The position numbers and the translations under genes are program-made. A stretch of DNA of 64,000 bases from Mobula hypostoma. Its lineage: Eukaryota. The notes below the pieces were generated by a model. The model saw nothing but the letters and a program-made list of their open reading frames with translations, ran no database searches and was not told the origin of the DNA. Within the stretch, counting starts at the first letter, position 1, and each line of letters starts with the position of its first letter. The stretch is taken from assembly GCF_963921235.1 (NCBI RefSeq), contig NC_086108.1, forward strand, positions 38,628,001 through 38,692,000, given 5' to 3'. This document shows positions 39,801 to 54,800 of the stretch, piece after piece.

Positions 39801-42800
39801 TTTAAATAATTCCTTTGCTCAGATACACACAGCTGGTGTGCTCTAAAATGCCTCTGAATGGTAACAGTAGCCCATTTAATACGATTGTAAGATGTGACTG
39901 CGATCTTCATCCTTATGCGACTTTGCATGAGAATGCAATACTGCCGAAGTCTCTGAAAATGCCTTCTATCAATATATCCTCTCCAGCAGGCCTATAAATA
40001 AAATAAAGGAAACATTATATGAATAACAGCTATACTATGCATTAAAACTAAAAGGAGAACATACACCACTTTAATTAAAATCGCTCTCAAAAAATGTTCT
40101 GTGATATACGTGCATTTATTGTCTAATGCAACACTGACCAGATTACAACAACTGTACAAGTTACGCATATAAAGGACTACTTTGGACAAAACGTAGAATA
40201 TTTGCTTCTAAAGTTAATTTGCAAATACCTCTTAAATTATAATTTTTCATTTGAACTCAACAGCTTAACCCTGATCATTCAAAAATCTGATCATCACCCC
40301 AACTTCATGCAGAGTCCTTCCTTTGGAAAATGTCAAAACATAGACTTCACCAGGCTAGAGAATAAAAGTACTAATGCCACTTTTGAAGTCACTGAAGAAC
40401 CTGGTCAAAGAAATTAACTTTGTAGCCTGGTGATCTGCATATGGAGATGTGGCCCCCTTGTGGCAAGTACTAAACGGAATCATATCCATGACTAAAGTGG
40501 AGATTCACCTGACCAGAGACTTCTGGATAGGTACATGGAGCTTAGAAAAATAGAGGGCTATGGGTAACCATAGGTAATTTCTAAGGTAGAGACTTTGTGG
40601 GCCGAAGGGCCTGTATTGTGCTGTAGGTTTTCTATGACAAGAATTAAGGATTTTTTTTAAAATAGCACCTGAAGTAAATCAGATTTGAATGGATTCATAG
40701 AAAGAAATGTGGTCAGTTAGCGAAGTCCACTGTAGAGCTTCCTCACGGGTGTCTGCATGATAGTGAGTTGCACCATTTAACACTTGAAACAGTGCAACAC
40801 CAAGTTTCAGTTGGCTAACTCCAATTTGAAAAATAATACTAAAACCAATGATGAAAACCATGAAAGTAATTTTAAGATGTGGTACCAAATGCAGATTTTC
40901 TTCATAATTTCCATGCTCTGAACAGAGAGGAAGAACTCAGGACTGCTAGCAGATAGCTCAGTCACAATCTTCATTTATAACCCTACTATTTGCAAGAAAA
41001 CAATCATCAGGAGCAACAGAGCATCTCTGTCAAATTGGGACTAGTCACTATGAAAGGAAGCTGACATACGACTGAGGAACTAATAAGTACTTTTATATCA
41101 GTCCAAAGTAAGCCAAGAGCAACAATGTTGCTGGAAACTCAACGAAGGAAGACGCAGTAAAGGTTTTAGATAGGTCAGACATTGTTAAAGAGGAATTACT
41201 AACTAACTAGCCTTGGTAAAACGGAGGGGTGATGATGAAAATGCTGCAAATGCAATACGTACGAATTTCCTAAAGGCATTTGATAAAGTGCCACATAATC
41301 AGGTTATCATTAAGGCTGAAGCCCATGGAAATAAATGATCTGCATCTACACTGATTAAAAAAAAAACAACACAGCTACAAGAAGGGAAACTTCAAGGCTA
41401 ATATTAGAGGATTTTAAATGCAACATTCAAAAGAGCTGAAAAAGTATCCAAAAGGAAAGATTTTGTAAGTTTGTGGGAAGAGGGGCCAGCTGGATTACTC
41501 ATGCAGAACCAGTGAGCAGATTCTTAGCTGGAATGCTTCTGTGAAAGAAAGTAGAGTTGAGGGCAACACAGAAAGAAATTACTCTATTATAGCAGGTGAT
41601 ATTAAAGTGACATTTAACAAATTCCCAACTCACCTGTCACGTTGTTCAATAACCCTCTGTTAGTAAACACCGTGAAAAAAATAAACTTTCATTCAGTGCA
41701 AGAAAAATTGCAAAGTAACATACAAGATGCTGCAGGAACTCAGTAGGTCAGGCAGCATTTATGAAAAAATGTAAAAGTCAATGTTACAAACTGAACCCCC
41801 TCCCCAATGTTGAGTAAAATTGCTATTTTTAAATGAAGATATTTGTTCAACCATTTAGAGGAAATCACTACCTTTTTGAAACCAAATGTTCCAAAGTAAA
41901 GTCAAAATGACCCATATATTCATATTCAATTCATTGCTAAAATGTTAGTTATCATTTTCTCACACGTTGTTTTCTTTGTTTGGTGCAATCTTTGGATATT
42001 GTTATTAGTCTTTGCAATGGAAGTCTACTCTCAAAAACAGCAATTTTGGTTTTTCCTCTACTGTATCAAAAGGTCATTTTTTTCTGTTGGTCTTTGAAAA
42101 CTTTGCACGATTTCACTTTTTAAGATCTGACAAAGCTGAGAACAAAAATGCAGCTTTACTAATATTTAAGTAATTGAAACTTAGTTCTGTGACACATATT
42201 TAAAAGTTAATTTCAGAGAATAACATTTGTAAAGTGGAAAGATACAGGTTCCAAACTGGATTCAGCACACAGTATGTTAATCATGTCTGATTTCTTAAAG
42301 CTGAATGATCCAACCTGAAGAAGTGTTGCTGCCTCATTCTGCACTGCTTGAATCTTAAACATTATCAGTGCTTTAGTCTTCTGCCTTGCCACATGGCCGC
42401 GCCAAGTACTTTGTATAACAATAGCAGCTTTGTTTTTCTTCTTGACTTGCTGTCGATGCAAAAATTTACGCACTGCTGTTTGAAGGACACTTGCAGCTTT
42501 TTCTTTCTCCTAAAATGCAATATAATTGTTAAGAGTGAATTTGCATCATAGCTCATACTTAGTTTTAATTTACAAAAATTACACCCAGCAATTTTTTCCA
42601 GTAACAAACAGCATATATTGATTAGTGCATAAAGAATAATATGAATATCAAAGTTTGGGAAGACAGTGGCTTAGAAATCCAAGTATATAGTACCTTGTAT
42701 GCCACAGACCATGTAACATTCATTTTTTCTCAACATAAGATGGTTACCTATATAAAGATGTCAAGTAGAAAACAAATTATAGTCCTTATTGTATACTTAC

Positions 42801-45800
42801 TTTTGCGCTGCCAAATATATTCTTAATGGGGAAGGAACATGAGAATTTTGTTTTTATTAAATACTTAGCCTTATTAGTAGAAAATGTAAAAATCTAATAT
42901 ATTTCAGGAAATTATAATTATGAATTGTGGCTGTTCCACAAAACCTCTAAAAGACACTGTCAGGTGCCAAATTTTGTTCATGTCACATAACTTTTGAAAG
43001 TTCTTTTGTTTCCTGATTTCTCTATTGAATTTTCGTACAGCCCATCATAGACAATGTACCTGCAAATATTCACCATCATAAAAAGTTTATGAAATAAACA
43101 GAAAGGAATTGTCCATAGACATGTTAAAATCTACCCAGTCATGTCAGTGCTATGATGGCTGATCTGATCGTTGTCCTCTGCAGAAGTGTCCCTCTTGATT
43201 ACATAGTCCAATCTTATCTTTGAATATACCAAATAACTCAAGTCTCAGCAGCTAAGTGGAGAGTCTCAATTAATTATCCTAAGAAAATCTCCTTCTTAAA
43301 AAAAAACTCTTAACCTTAAATAGCTAACCGTTCCTCTCACCCTCCCTTCTCTGTTCTAGGTTTTCCCTTCCTGATCTTCACAGCAACCACCCTTTCGGGT
43401 ACCCCCAAATTAGCTTAATTCAATAGAATCACATTTTGTTCCAATAAACTCCAGAGTGGAGCAAAGTTTAATATAGTCAAACCTTTCCTTATTAGACAAC
43501 TTCCACTCAGTCTTCTAACCTTTTCTGCAATGGTTCCACGGTAAATAATAAGACCAAGCCTATACTCTAGATGTGGTCTCACCAAAGTATTGTACAGACA
43601 TCACAAGACTTCCTCATTTTTGTATTTCACCAATCTTGTCTCAGGCTGAGCAGCAAAAATGGTGTCTGTTACCTCCCAAAGCTATTGCCATGCATCCTAA
43701 AGTTGTGTTTGATTCTTTGTTACTCTATCAAAACAGCTCTTCAAGTCATAAACATCAACCATGTTTATGTTAAAAGGTCAATAAATCCCTCCTGTCTGTA
43801 TGTAGCTCTTAACAGCGTGAGGCAAATCAACATCCTGTAATGTCTTCCTCAAACTTCTAGCGGCCTAGGACATGGTTTGCACAATTCCTTTTTTTATCTA
43901 CTTAGTTTTAGAATCATGCCATTGTGCTCTTCCAATGTTACTTCTGGAATTTCCCAAGGACTCATCTGGAACATCTCAGTCTCATCCATAAGCTTTCAAT
44001 TAAACACCAGATATTAAAATTCTTACTTTGTCATTGTTTTCTTGCTTTCAAATCCCTCCACAACCTCATTCCTTGCTATTCTAATGTTCTCCGGAGCTGC
44101 TTTACAAATTCTGGCTTCATGAACAGCCCAAATTTAATCATGTGTTACAGGTAATGCTTGAGTCAGCTGAGGAAACATAAATCTCTGAAATTCCCGTTCC
44201 ATTATGCTCCACTGAAGTATTGTCCTTTACTTTGTTCTGCAAAAATTCAGCACAACTAATCTTTTTGTCAATTGGTTAGATATCTATCACTTCGAACTGC
44301 AAATGAGTTGGACTACAATGAAGACGCAGGAAGTGAAGCTGAGGCCAAGATCAGATCAGTTGACTTCTTACTAAAAGACAGAACAATCACAAAGGTTCAC
44401 ATAGTTGCACCAATTGTTGCTTTATGAGCTTTCTCCATATGTGGCTTTATGCCAAATTTTGTCAAAGGTCATGTTTTGCTGCTTTAATGATTCCATAAAA
44501 TAGATTGCTATTTAGTTTTTCTAGCCTGCACGTTTGACACAAAAACACCGAAATCTGGAAACACATTTCCATATTTCCATGAAAATTATTGAACTTTACT
44601 GCATGTAGAGTTGTTGCCTCCCAAATACAAAATGTTTGCAAACTTTTGATATTTTAAATTGACTACAGATTACTAAAATACTTTTTTTTTCATCTCATAG
44701 GATCCAAACTTATTGAATAATTAAATGGGATTTTCTGAAATTAACTTGATGGAACAGGTCATTATATAAATAATAATTTTTGCTTAGTCAGATGAACAAT
44801 GCTTCACAATAGCTTGACCTAAAACCTTGAAGAATGGGTAATTTTGACAGCAGAACAGAGCAGGTAGTGGATAACTATACTACCTTTAAGAGCTGAAGCT
44901 CACAGTTTAGCTTGTATCGTCTCCAAGCAGCCTGAATGATTCTGGCAGCTCTTGTTTCTTTTCGTAGATCAAGAAGACGTGCACAAAGAAATGAGACATA
45001 AGTGATAACAACCTGGAAAAAAACAAAAGTGTTTAGAGAGATATCATAAAGCAACAGTAGCACTGCCATCTTGCTCAGAATTAAACATTTCATAATTTAT
45101 CTTACGCTTCTACTTGAAGGCAAGAAGCATGTACCTTCTCTTCTGGAATGGTATTTGACATATCCATGGGCCGTATCATTGCTGGGATGCCTCCAAGTTC
45201 TGCAACAGCAGTTGTCACTAAATTAAAATTCTTCTTTTCATTCTCCAAGAGTTCTTCATAGATACCGGTTGAAGGCAGTGCTAAATAGAAAGATACATCA
45301 CTGTGCATCATTTCAATAGCAAAACTGAATATAGTAGTTCACTCAAGCGTGTGTGACCATTAGTTTTTAAACTAATTTACTCCAATCAGCAGAATTTCAC
45401 TTTACTACTGCAGTAATAAAACCCAGTCATCTGACTCTTTAGAACTCAAGATTACTGTTGTTTGCCAAGAAAGCCCCAAGTATCCACTTAGTTTTTGTAT
45501 CAAATACACCGTTCATTGGATTCATTTTGCACAAAAATTATATTTAACTTCTACAGATTTTCTAAATATTTTCAAGCTACCTAATTAAAATTGGTGACTC
45601 CTAATCATCAACTTGCAAAAATGAATAGCTTTTCTGTATTCACACCAACAAAATACTTCATAAATTTTAAATTATTTGGTAATTATCTGCTGAACTTCAA
45701 CTTAAACATTCTCCTCATAATGAATACCTCATCAAAAGTAAAAATGGATTAAACACTTCAAGAGTGCAAGCTGTTCAAAAGCTGTATGTCATACAGATGG

Positions 45801-48800
45801 TCTTTACTTCAAAACGTTTCTATTCACTGAACATCTTAGTTGGAAAATCCAGAAAAATGGGCGAGTTTTATGACTTTATCTAGCAATACTCCCACTTAAA
45901 ACAGCACATGACTGCCCACTGCATTTTGTGCAAAGCCATTTATCATTTAGCAGTAAACTATTTAAATAATGAAGTAAATAGTCTTTAGAAGTGTTTGTTT
46001 CCTCTGATTATTTTGAATCTTTCACCATTCTCCCCTACAAAACCTAACCCCATATTGTATCTAAACACAAAATGAATTAAGCTGAATGAGTTCTCCTATA
46101 GTTTCGTTATTTATTTGTCTTTGATGTTCCTGCTAATGGTGTCTTCCACCTTAACTGGGGAAGTACAACAATACGAGTAGCATCTGAACTGAAATTTAAA
46201 TCAGAACTAGTTTCACCAGAACTGGGGGAAGGCGGGTGAGGTGGGCAGAAGGGTGGTAGGAAAAGTCAAACAAAATGCAGAGAACTTTGAGTTCCCAAAT
46301 CCATTACTATTTACCTTCTGGGAATCACCCACTGTGGTCATCCATTCTAGTTGTCCAGTACAGAAGAAATGGAGCACAGGAAAAACACCACAGGAACAAA
46401 ACATTCAGACCAATCATTCAGTTCAAGTCTCCTCCCTTCTTATCTAATCGTATCCGTGTAAGCTTCCATTCCATTCTCCTCCAGATGCTTTCCCAATTAT
46501 CCTTAAAATACTGTATTTGTTTCGATCACGCCTTGCAGTAATCAATTCTGCCTTCTTAACACTATGGGTAATAAAGTTTGTCTATTTCCTTACTGAATTT
46601 ATAGTATTTGCCCTCAGATATGCATTTCCCTACAAATGGAATTTTTTTTTGTATACAATAGGGTCTTTCAAGAGACTCTTAGGTACACTGAGCTTAGAAC
46701 AATAGAGGGCTATGTGGTAGGGAAATTCTAGATAGTTTCTAGAGTGGGTCACGTGGTCAGCACAACATTGTGGGCTGAAGGGCCTGTAATGTGCTATAGA
46801 TTTCTATGCATATGAAATTGGTTATAATTAGGCCTCCTATATTCTCAAGAAACAGTTTTATCAATCTTTGCTGATACTCATACCCTCACATATTGAGTAC
46901 CTTCCTTGTAAATCTTTATTTCATCCTTCCCAGTATCTTTTTATCCTTTTTATAATATGACAACTGGTACAGTATTTAGTAGGGCAGGGCTGCTCTAACT
47001 AAAATTCAATACAGGTTGGCATGACTTCACTACTCCCCTACCCCAATTATAGCACTAGAACTATAGAGCTGTTTTTTTTTCTTAAATCGCTTAAAGGATT
47101 AAAAAGGACCCTTCCAGTCTTCAGTTTGTATTTTGAAATGTTTCTCTATCCCTGCTGAACTTTCATCTTCAAAATCATAAATAGCTCTATTGTTCCTAAA
47201 AGGAAGTTAATTCCTAACATTAGATTAGATTAGATTCAACTTTATTGTCATTGTGCCGAGTACAGATACAAAGCCAATGAAATGCAGTTAGCATCTGACC
47301 AGAAATGCAAAGAATATGTTATTTACAAAATAACTGTGAATAAAAAGTAAGTGCTACAGCACACAAATATAAAAGTACTGAGACAGTACAATATGGATGC
47401 AATACTACTTAGCGCTGTGATGTGAGGTTCAGCAGGGTCACAGCCTCAGAGAAGAAGCTCTTCCTGTGCCTGCTGGTACGCCTACCGGATGGGAGGGAGG
47501 AGAGTAAAAAGTCCATGGTTAGGGTGAGATGCATCCCTGATAATGCTTTTCGCCCTGCCCAGGCAGCGTTTATGGTAGATGTTCTCAATGGTGGGCAATT
47601 GGGTGCCAATAATCTGCTGGGCCTTTTTAATCCTTTAAGCGATTTAAGAAAAAATACCAGCTCTACAGTTCTAGAGTGTTATAATTGGGGTGGGGGAATA
47701 GTGAAGTCATAGAAAGTATGACAAAGCCTTCAAGCCCTGATAGCATCCATATCAATCCTTTCGTACTCTTTCCAGCTTAATGTCATAATTTCTATGGCTA
47801 GAGAAGTGAACTGCACATAGTATTCAAATGTGATCTCACCAACATTTGATATAGTTTTAATATGACATCCTAAAATCAACAAGTTAATGTATGACTTAAA
47901 ATTGGTTATCAGACACTAAGCAAAATGAAAGTAACTGGCTTCTTGTCAGGTTGCAAGCTGAGACAGGGTCTGAGGCTGGAGTCAGAGCTTTTTAGGTCTG
48001 CAAAGATCTAGCAGAGATATTCAAATGCTATTAATGACGCTTTGTCCTGGGTATGACTCTAAACTGCAACCGCTGATGAGGCTCTGAATGGGGACGTTCA
48101 GAGCTTTGGGGAAAGTGGGTTACCCCTTCGTCATTCATAGACTCAATGCAAAACATATCCAGGTGCAGGCTGTAAGAGTGCCCATAACCCAGTAGCATAT
48201 CATGTAAAAGTAAAACTTAAAAAACTAAAGAAGCAAAAACCTGAACAATCCCTTGACTACTTGCAATTAATTAAAGACTTAAGACAAATATTTACAATTA
48301 AAGTAAGGAAGAGATTTCAAAGTCTAGAAATAGAATCTATTGAAGATGATAGCAATCATGTAGAGATGAAGTTTAACTCTCTAAAGGATGCCTTGGTAGA
48401 ATCAGCAAAGTCAGTGATTCCTAAAAAAGAATAAAGCACAAAGAATAAATGGATGACAGATGAAATCAAGAATCTAATGGAAGAAAGGAGACGGAAGAAA
48501 GCAAATCCAATAGAATATGTCCTTAGATAAAAAAGTTAAAAATTTATATCAAAAAACTAAAGAAGAATGGTTAAACCAGGAATGTGAGCAAATAGAAAGA
48601 ATCCCTATTACTGATCCAAAAAGGTTACATCAACAATCAACAATATCACTGGCAAAAAGCTCCTCTGTTCAAAGGACGGTACCATTATCATGGAAAAAGA
48701 TGAGATTATGAACAGCTGGACTGAATATATTCAGGAATTGTTTGAAGACAATCGAGGCGAAAAACCAGAAATTTAAAAAAACATTGAAGGTCCAAGTATT

Positions 48801-51800
48801 TTAAAATCTAAAGTTCGTAATGCAATAAATAAGATTAAGAAAGGAAAGGCAGCAGGTCCTGATGAATTAGTAATAGAACAAATTATCGCCCTTGAAGTTT
48901 ATGGAATTGAAAAACTTACTGATTTAATCAATGACATTTATGAGACTGGAATAATACCAGAAGAGATGAAAAAAAAAATTAGTACAGGTGTCCCCTGCTT
49001 TTCGGACGTTCGCTTTACAAAACCTCGCTGCTACGAAAGACCTACATTAGTTACCTGTTTTCGCTAACAGAAGGTGTTTTCAGTTACGAAAAAAGGCAGC
49101 ACGCGCCCAAGCAGCCAAGCTCCTCCCCCAGAACTGCATTCCAGCCAGCATTGCTTAAACACATGCCTGTGAGCAGCCGTTAGCAAGATGAGTTCTAAGG
49201 TATCGGAAAAACCTGAAAGAGCTTGTAAGGGTGTTACACTTAGCGTAAAACTAGACATAATTAAGCATTTTGATCGTGGTGAAAGAAGCAAGGAGTTTGG
49301 CTTGTGGAAGTTGACAAAGATGATGTTGAAGAGATTTTGACATCCCATGACGAAGAACTGAAAGATGAAGAGCTGATGCAATTGGAAGAAGAAAGGATAA
49401 CAATCAAAACTGAATGCAGTAGCGAACTGACCGAAAGTGAAGTCGTCCAGGAACTGAACATGAAGAAACTGCATGAGATGATAGAAAAATGCACGAGGCT
49501 AAGCAGTCAAGCATACTGTCGTTTTTCAAGCCTTTCACATCAGCCACAGCAGACAATGAACCTCGACCTTCGACATCGAGGCAGGCAGACATAGAAGATG
49601 ATGACGTGCCTACCCTGATGGAAACAGTTGACGATGAGATGACACCCCAGTGTCCCACCACCCTAACCCCCGGGCCGCGGACCGATACGTTGCTGTAGAG
49701 AACGCAGCGGTAGCGGGGACACATCCAACACATCTTTAAGAAAAAAGCCAAAATAAACAAGCTAATTAATTAGGTGCCGCCCAACACCTAAATGTCGGCC
49801 CAGATCAGAGACGATTGCCGATTGCAACGACTCTGATCTGGACCGACATTTACGTGCCGGGTAGCACCTAATTAATTAGCTTGTTTATTTCAGCTTTTTT
49901 CTTAAAGACCTGTTGGGTGCCTCCCGGCCACTACTGGACTGCTGCATTCTTCGCGGATCGGTATCAGTCGGCGGCCTGGAGGTCGGGGTCCACTGCACCA
50001 CCCCATCCTCCAACGACTCAGCTAAACACACCATCATCAGTGTGCTTGGCGCTGTCTTCCCAATTCCGGTAAGTGATACTACACTGTACATACATTATTT
50101 CTACTTTATATAGGCTGTGTATTTTTATGTGTTATTTGGTATGATTTGGCAGCTTCATAGCTTATAGGTTCATGGAGAGTGTTTCTGCCGAGAACAGTGC
50201 AGCAATGATTGTAGAAAAGTATTTCTACTTTATATAGGCTGTGTATTTATCATATCATTCCTGCTTTTACTATATGTTACTATTATTTTAGGTTTTATGT
50301 GTTATTTGGTATGATTTGGTAGGTTATCTTTTGAGTCTGCAAACGCTCACAAATTTTTCCTATATAAATAAATGGTAATTGCTTCTTCACTTTACGACAT
50401 TCCGGCATACGAACTGTTTCATAGGAATGCTCTGCCTTCGGATGGCGGGAGAAACCTGTATTTATCACTCTTCCTAAGAAACCTGGAGCAATAGAATATG
50501 AATTACATAGGACCATAAGTTTAATGAGTCATATCACCAAGATACTTCTAAGAATTTTGATGACAAGAGCTAAAAGTAAGATACAAGCTGAAATAGGTAA
50601 AGTACAATGTGGTTTTGTGAAAGACAAAGGTACAAGAAACGTGATATTGATGTTAAGGATACTATCAGAACGAGCCATTCAAGTGCAAAAAGATTTGTTT
50701 GTTTTATCGACTACATAAAAGTATTTGATAAAGTGAAGCACAATGTTATTTGAAATATTACAGGAAACTCTAGATCTAGATTCGAAAGACCTCCACCTAA
50801 TCATAAATCTGTACTGGGACAAACTGCCACCATAAGAATAGGTGGAGAAGTGAGTCAGTTTACGAAAATCAAGAGAGGCGTTAAACAAGGGTGTATTTTC
50901 TCCCCTGATTTATTTAATGTATACAGTGAAACAATATTACAAAAAATACGAGACATCTTGGGAATCAAAGTTGGCAGTGAAAACATCAATAATTTCAGGT
51001 ATGCTGATGACACTGTGTTAATTGCAAGCACGGAGGAAGAACTACAAAATTTAATTGATATAGTTGTTGAAGTGCAAAAATGGGTCATCTATCAATTGCA
51101 AAAAGCCAGAATGTCAGAATGTATGGTGATATCCAAAAAGGAGAATCCTATCTGCAGGCTGAGAATAAATGGGGAAGACATAAAACAAGTACAGAACTTT
51201 TGCTACTTAGGAAACTGGGTGACATCAGATGGCAGGTGCGACATGGACATCAAAAGAATAGGGATGGCAAAAGACACTTTTATGAGCATGAAGAGTAAAC
51301 TAACAATACTAAACTAGGCATGACAACCCGCCTCAGAGTACTGAAATGTTACATCTATCCAGTTATGTTATATGGCTCAGAATGTCGGACAATACCTAGT
51401 AACATGAGGAAATGAATAGAAACAGCAGAGATGTGATTTTTGAGAAGGATGCAAAGAGTATCATGGATGAAACAAATATCTAACGAGGATGTCATGAACA
51501 GAGCAAACACAAAAAGAGAAATAACGTATGAGATCATGAAAAGGCAAGGTAACTTCATTGGACATGTGATTAGGAACGAGGAGCTAGAATGCATGGTAAT
51601 TATGGGAAAGATTGAAGGGAAGAAAGCAAGAGGAAGACAAAGACAAATGATGATGGAGACAGCAGCCAGAGAACTGGAAATGAATACCAATGAATTGATC
51701 CACTTGACCCGAAACAGGAGTGTGTGAGCCATGGCAGTCAAAGATCAAACTGGGCATGGCATCTCATGATGATGATTAGTGATGCTAAACTAAGTCGAAT

Positions 51801-54800
51801 TGAAAGCAGATAGTGCTGCCAAGATGTATTAAGGGAATATGGAGAGACTGAGGGTGGTTAAGAACTGCTGAGGGAATAAAATATGGAAAAGTGTTAGGTT
51901 ATCCTCTTCGGAACACATAACAGAAGTAGAGTCGCTGTTAAATGAAGCAACAAATTTTGCACCTCGTTCCTGACTTCTGATAGAACTTTAGATTAAAAAC
52001 CACCACAATCCAAGAACTGGTGTGCCTCAGGGATCTGTTCTGGGATCCCTACTCTCCATGATTTTTATAAGTGACCTGTATGAGGAAGTGGAGCGATGGG
52101 TTAGTAATTTGCTGATGACACAAAGGTTGGGGGTGTTGTGGAGAGTGTGAAGGGCTGTCAGAGGTTACAGCGGGTCATCGATAGGATGCAAAACTGGGTT
52201 GAGAAGTGGCAGATGGAGTTCAACCCAGATAAGTGTGAGGTGGTTCATTTTGGTAGGTCAAATATGATGACAGAATATAGTATTAATGGTAAGACACTTG
52301 GCGGTGTGGATGATCAGAGAGATCTTGGGACCCGAGTCCATAGGCTGCTCAGGTTGACTCTGTGATTAAGAAGGCATACGGTGCATTGGCCTTCATCAAC
52401 CGTGGGATTGAGTTTAGGAACCGAGAGGTAAAGTTGCAGCTATATAGGACCCTGATCAGACCCCACTTGGAGCACTGTGTTCAGTTCTGGTCACTTCACT
52501 ACAGGAAGGATGTGAAAACCATAGAAAGGGTGCAGAGGAGATTTAAAAGGATGTTGCCTGGATTGGGGAGCATGCCTTATGAGAATAGGTTGAGTGAACT
52601 CGGCCTTTTCTCCTTGGAGCGACGGAGGATGAGAGGTGACCTGATAAAAGGTGTATAAAATGATAAGAGGCATTGATCATGTGGATAGCCAGGAGCCTTT
52701 TTCCCAGGGCTGAAATGGCTAGCATGACAGGGCACGAATTTAAGGTGCTTGGAAGTAGATACAGAGGAGATGTCGGGAAAAGTTTTTGTTGTTTTTTTTT
52801 AAATGCAGAGAATCGTGAGTGCGTGGAATGGGCTGCCGGCAACGGTGGTGGAGGTGGCTACGATAGGGTCTTTGATAAGTCTCCTGGATAGGTACGTGGA
52901 GCTTGGAAATTGCCTCAGGTTATCCATAGCCCTCTATTTTTCTAAGGTAAGGACATGTTTGGCACAGCTTTGTGGGCCGAAGGGCCTGTAATGTGCTATA
53001 GGTTTTCAATGTTTCTAACTGGTGTAGTCTGCAGGGAGATCACAAAGTTTTAAGTACTAGGGCCAATTGCAGATAAAGTGGAACTTTTAGCATGCAACAA
53101 AAGGGGCAAGAACTTCTTCTGTTCCAATTTGTCTGAGAGAAAACATGCTGGGTCCAATACATTGGATACAAGTAGGATTGAGGAAACTACCGCATTTCTA
53201 TTTTGTAAAAATCAAGGCAAGCACTGAAATTAATATTGGATTCTGCTGCACAAGCAGGTAGGGTATGGGAGAATTTTGGTTGCAGGACGATCTATTTCGG
53301 TCATGCAGCAAACTAATTTGGTACCTAGTGAAGATTTGGTTGAAATCTATTAGGTTGCTGGACAATCTATTAATTTGGTTGCTATTTATTAATATTTTGA
53401 GATTACAGTCAAAGTAATAAAAAATACATACAAATTAAGATCGAATCAAGATGATGGCCAAGAGCTCTTACCTGAATAAAACATCTCAGTTTGATATAAT
53501 TAATGAAAACATCTGGAGATAAAACCACATGGTCAGTTTGATCAAATGTCTGAGTAAATGAAAATGTTAATGGGGCAAGTAAAGTCTATAATTAATCGTT
53601 TGGGGAAGAAACGTGAAACTTGCAAAAAACTACAAAAACAGCCTGATAGAGACAGGTAAGAGTCCAAAGAAGAAACCTCTACCTTAACCGAACAAGTGAA
53701 AAACAAAACCGAAATGCTTGGTAAGGCGCTCAGAAGTAAATGGGACAACATGGGAAAACTGAACAGGGACCTCAAGTGGGCAGTCCTGTCAGCCAAGTGG
53801 GTGGTCCTGCAAATTACACTTCGAGTGACACTACCATTGACATTACATCTGGCATCCCTCCACAGAAGACACTCTCTAAGTTGAACAGTCCCCCTTGATA
53901 GCAACACCATCCAAACACTGGAGAATAACACCCTACATTGGACTGTTCTCCAAGACACCACCACCATCTGAACTCAGAGGAATTACTGGATGGACATGAC
54001 ATAAACTCCACAGGAGCCCCTAGCGATTCAAGTGGGGATGACAGTAATGAATTAAGATTAGCAGCTATGTCACAGCTTGCGTCAATGAAGACCAAAGAAG
54101 TCAAGATACACAAAATTGAAGATTAAGCTATTGCTAATCTATGTATTGACAAACAAGTGGCAGACGCAACAAATATTGCTCACACTCAACAATCTGCTGA
54201 AGGTCAGTAAGCATTTAGGGCAGGAAGGGATACAGGGAGAAGGCAGTAGGTTGGATTGAGAGGAAAATTGGATCAGCCATGATTAAATACTGGAGCAGAC
54301 TCTATAGGTTAAATGGCCTAATGCTAGTTCCTGATTTTAATAACCCATCATCAGTCTGTGGAAAAACACTTCTACTGGCCCTCTCTTGTGCAATAATAGC
54401 TGCTTATTTTGTATACTAACCATCCCAATGATCTTTAGAGACTTAAAAAATCAACCCCATGAGTTTTAATTAAATAGTTTATTCTGAAGGCATTCACAGA
54501 AAAACTCGTTTAAGTTTGTGTTTCATCACAGCAGTATGGAACACCAATAATACTTACTGTTTGTAGGTATGGCATCAATGGAATTTTCATCAGACTCACT
54601 GGTAGATGTATCAATTGCCACTGTGCCATGCTGTGCATATTCCACTGTCTGTGTGGTTCGTTGACAAATGTTGTTCACAAGCAAAAGACTCGGGTGGTAA
54701 TGATGAATAAGGTAACATAAAACTCTACCATCAGAAAAGGGGACGGTAAAATTCTCAACCTGAAACAAAACGACAAAACTGCATAATGCATACAAGATAA

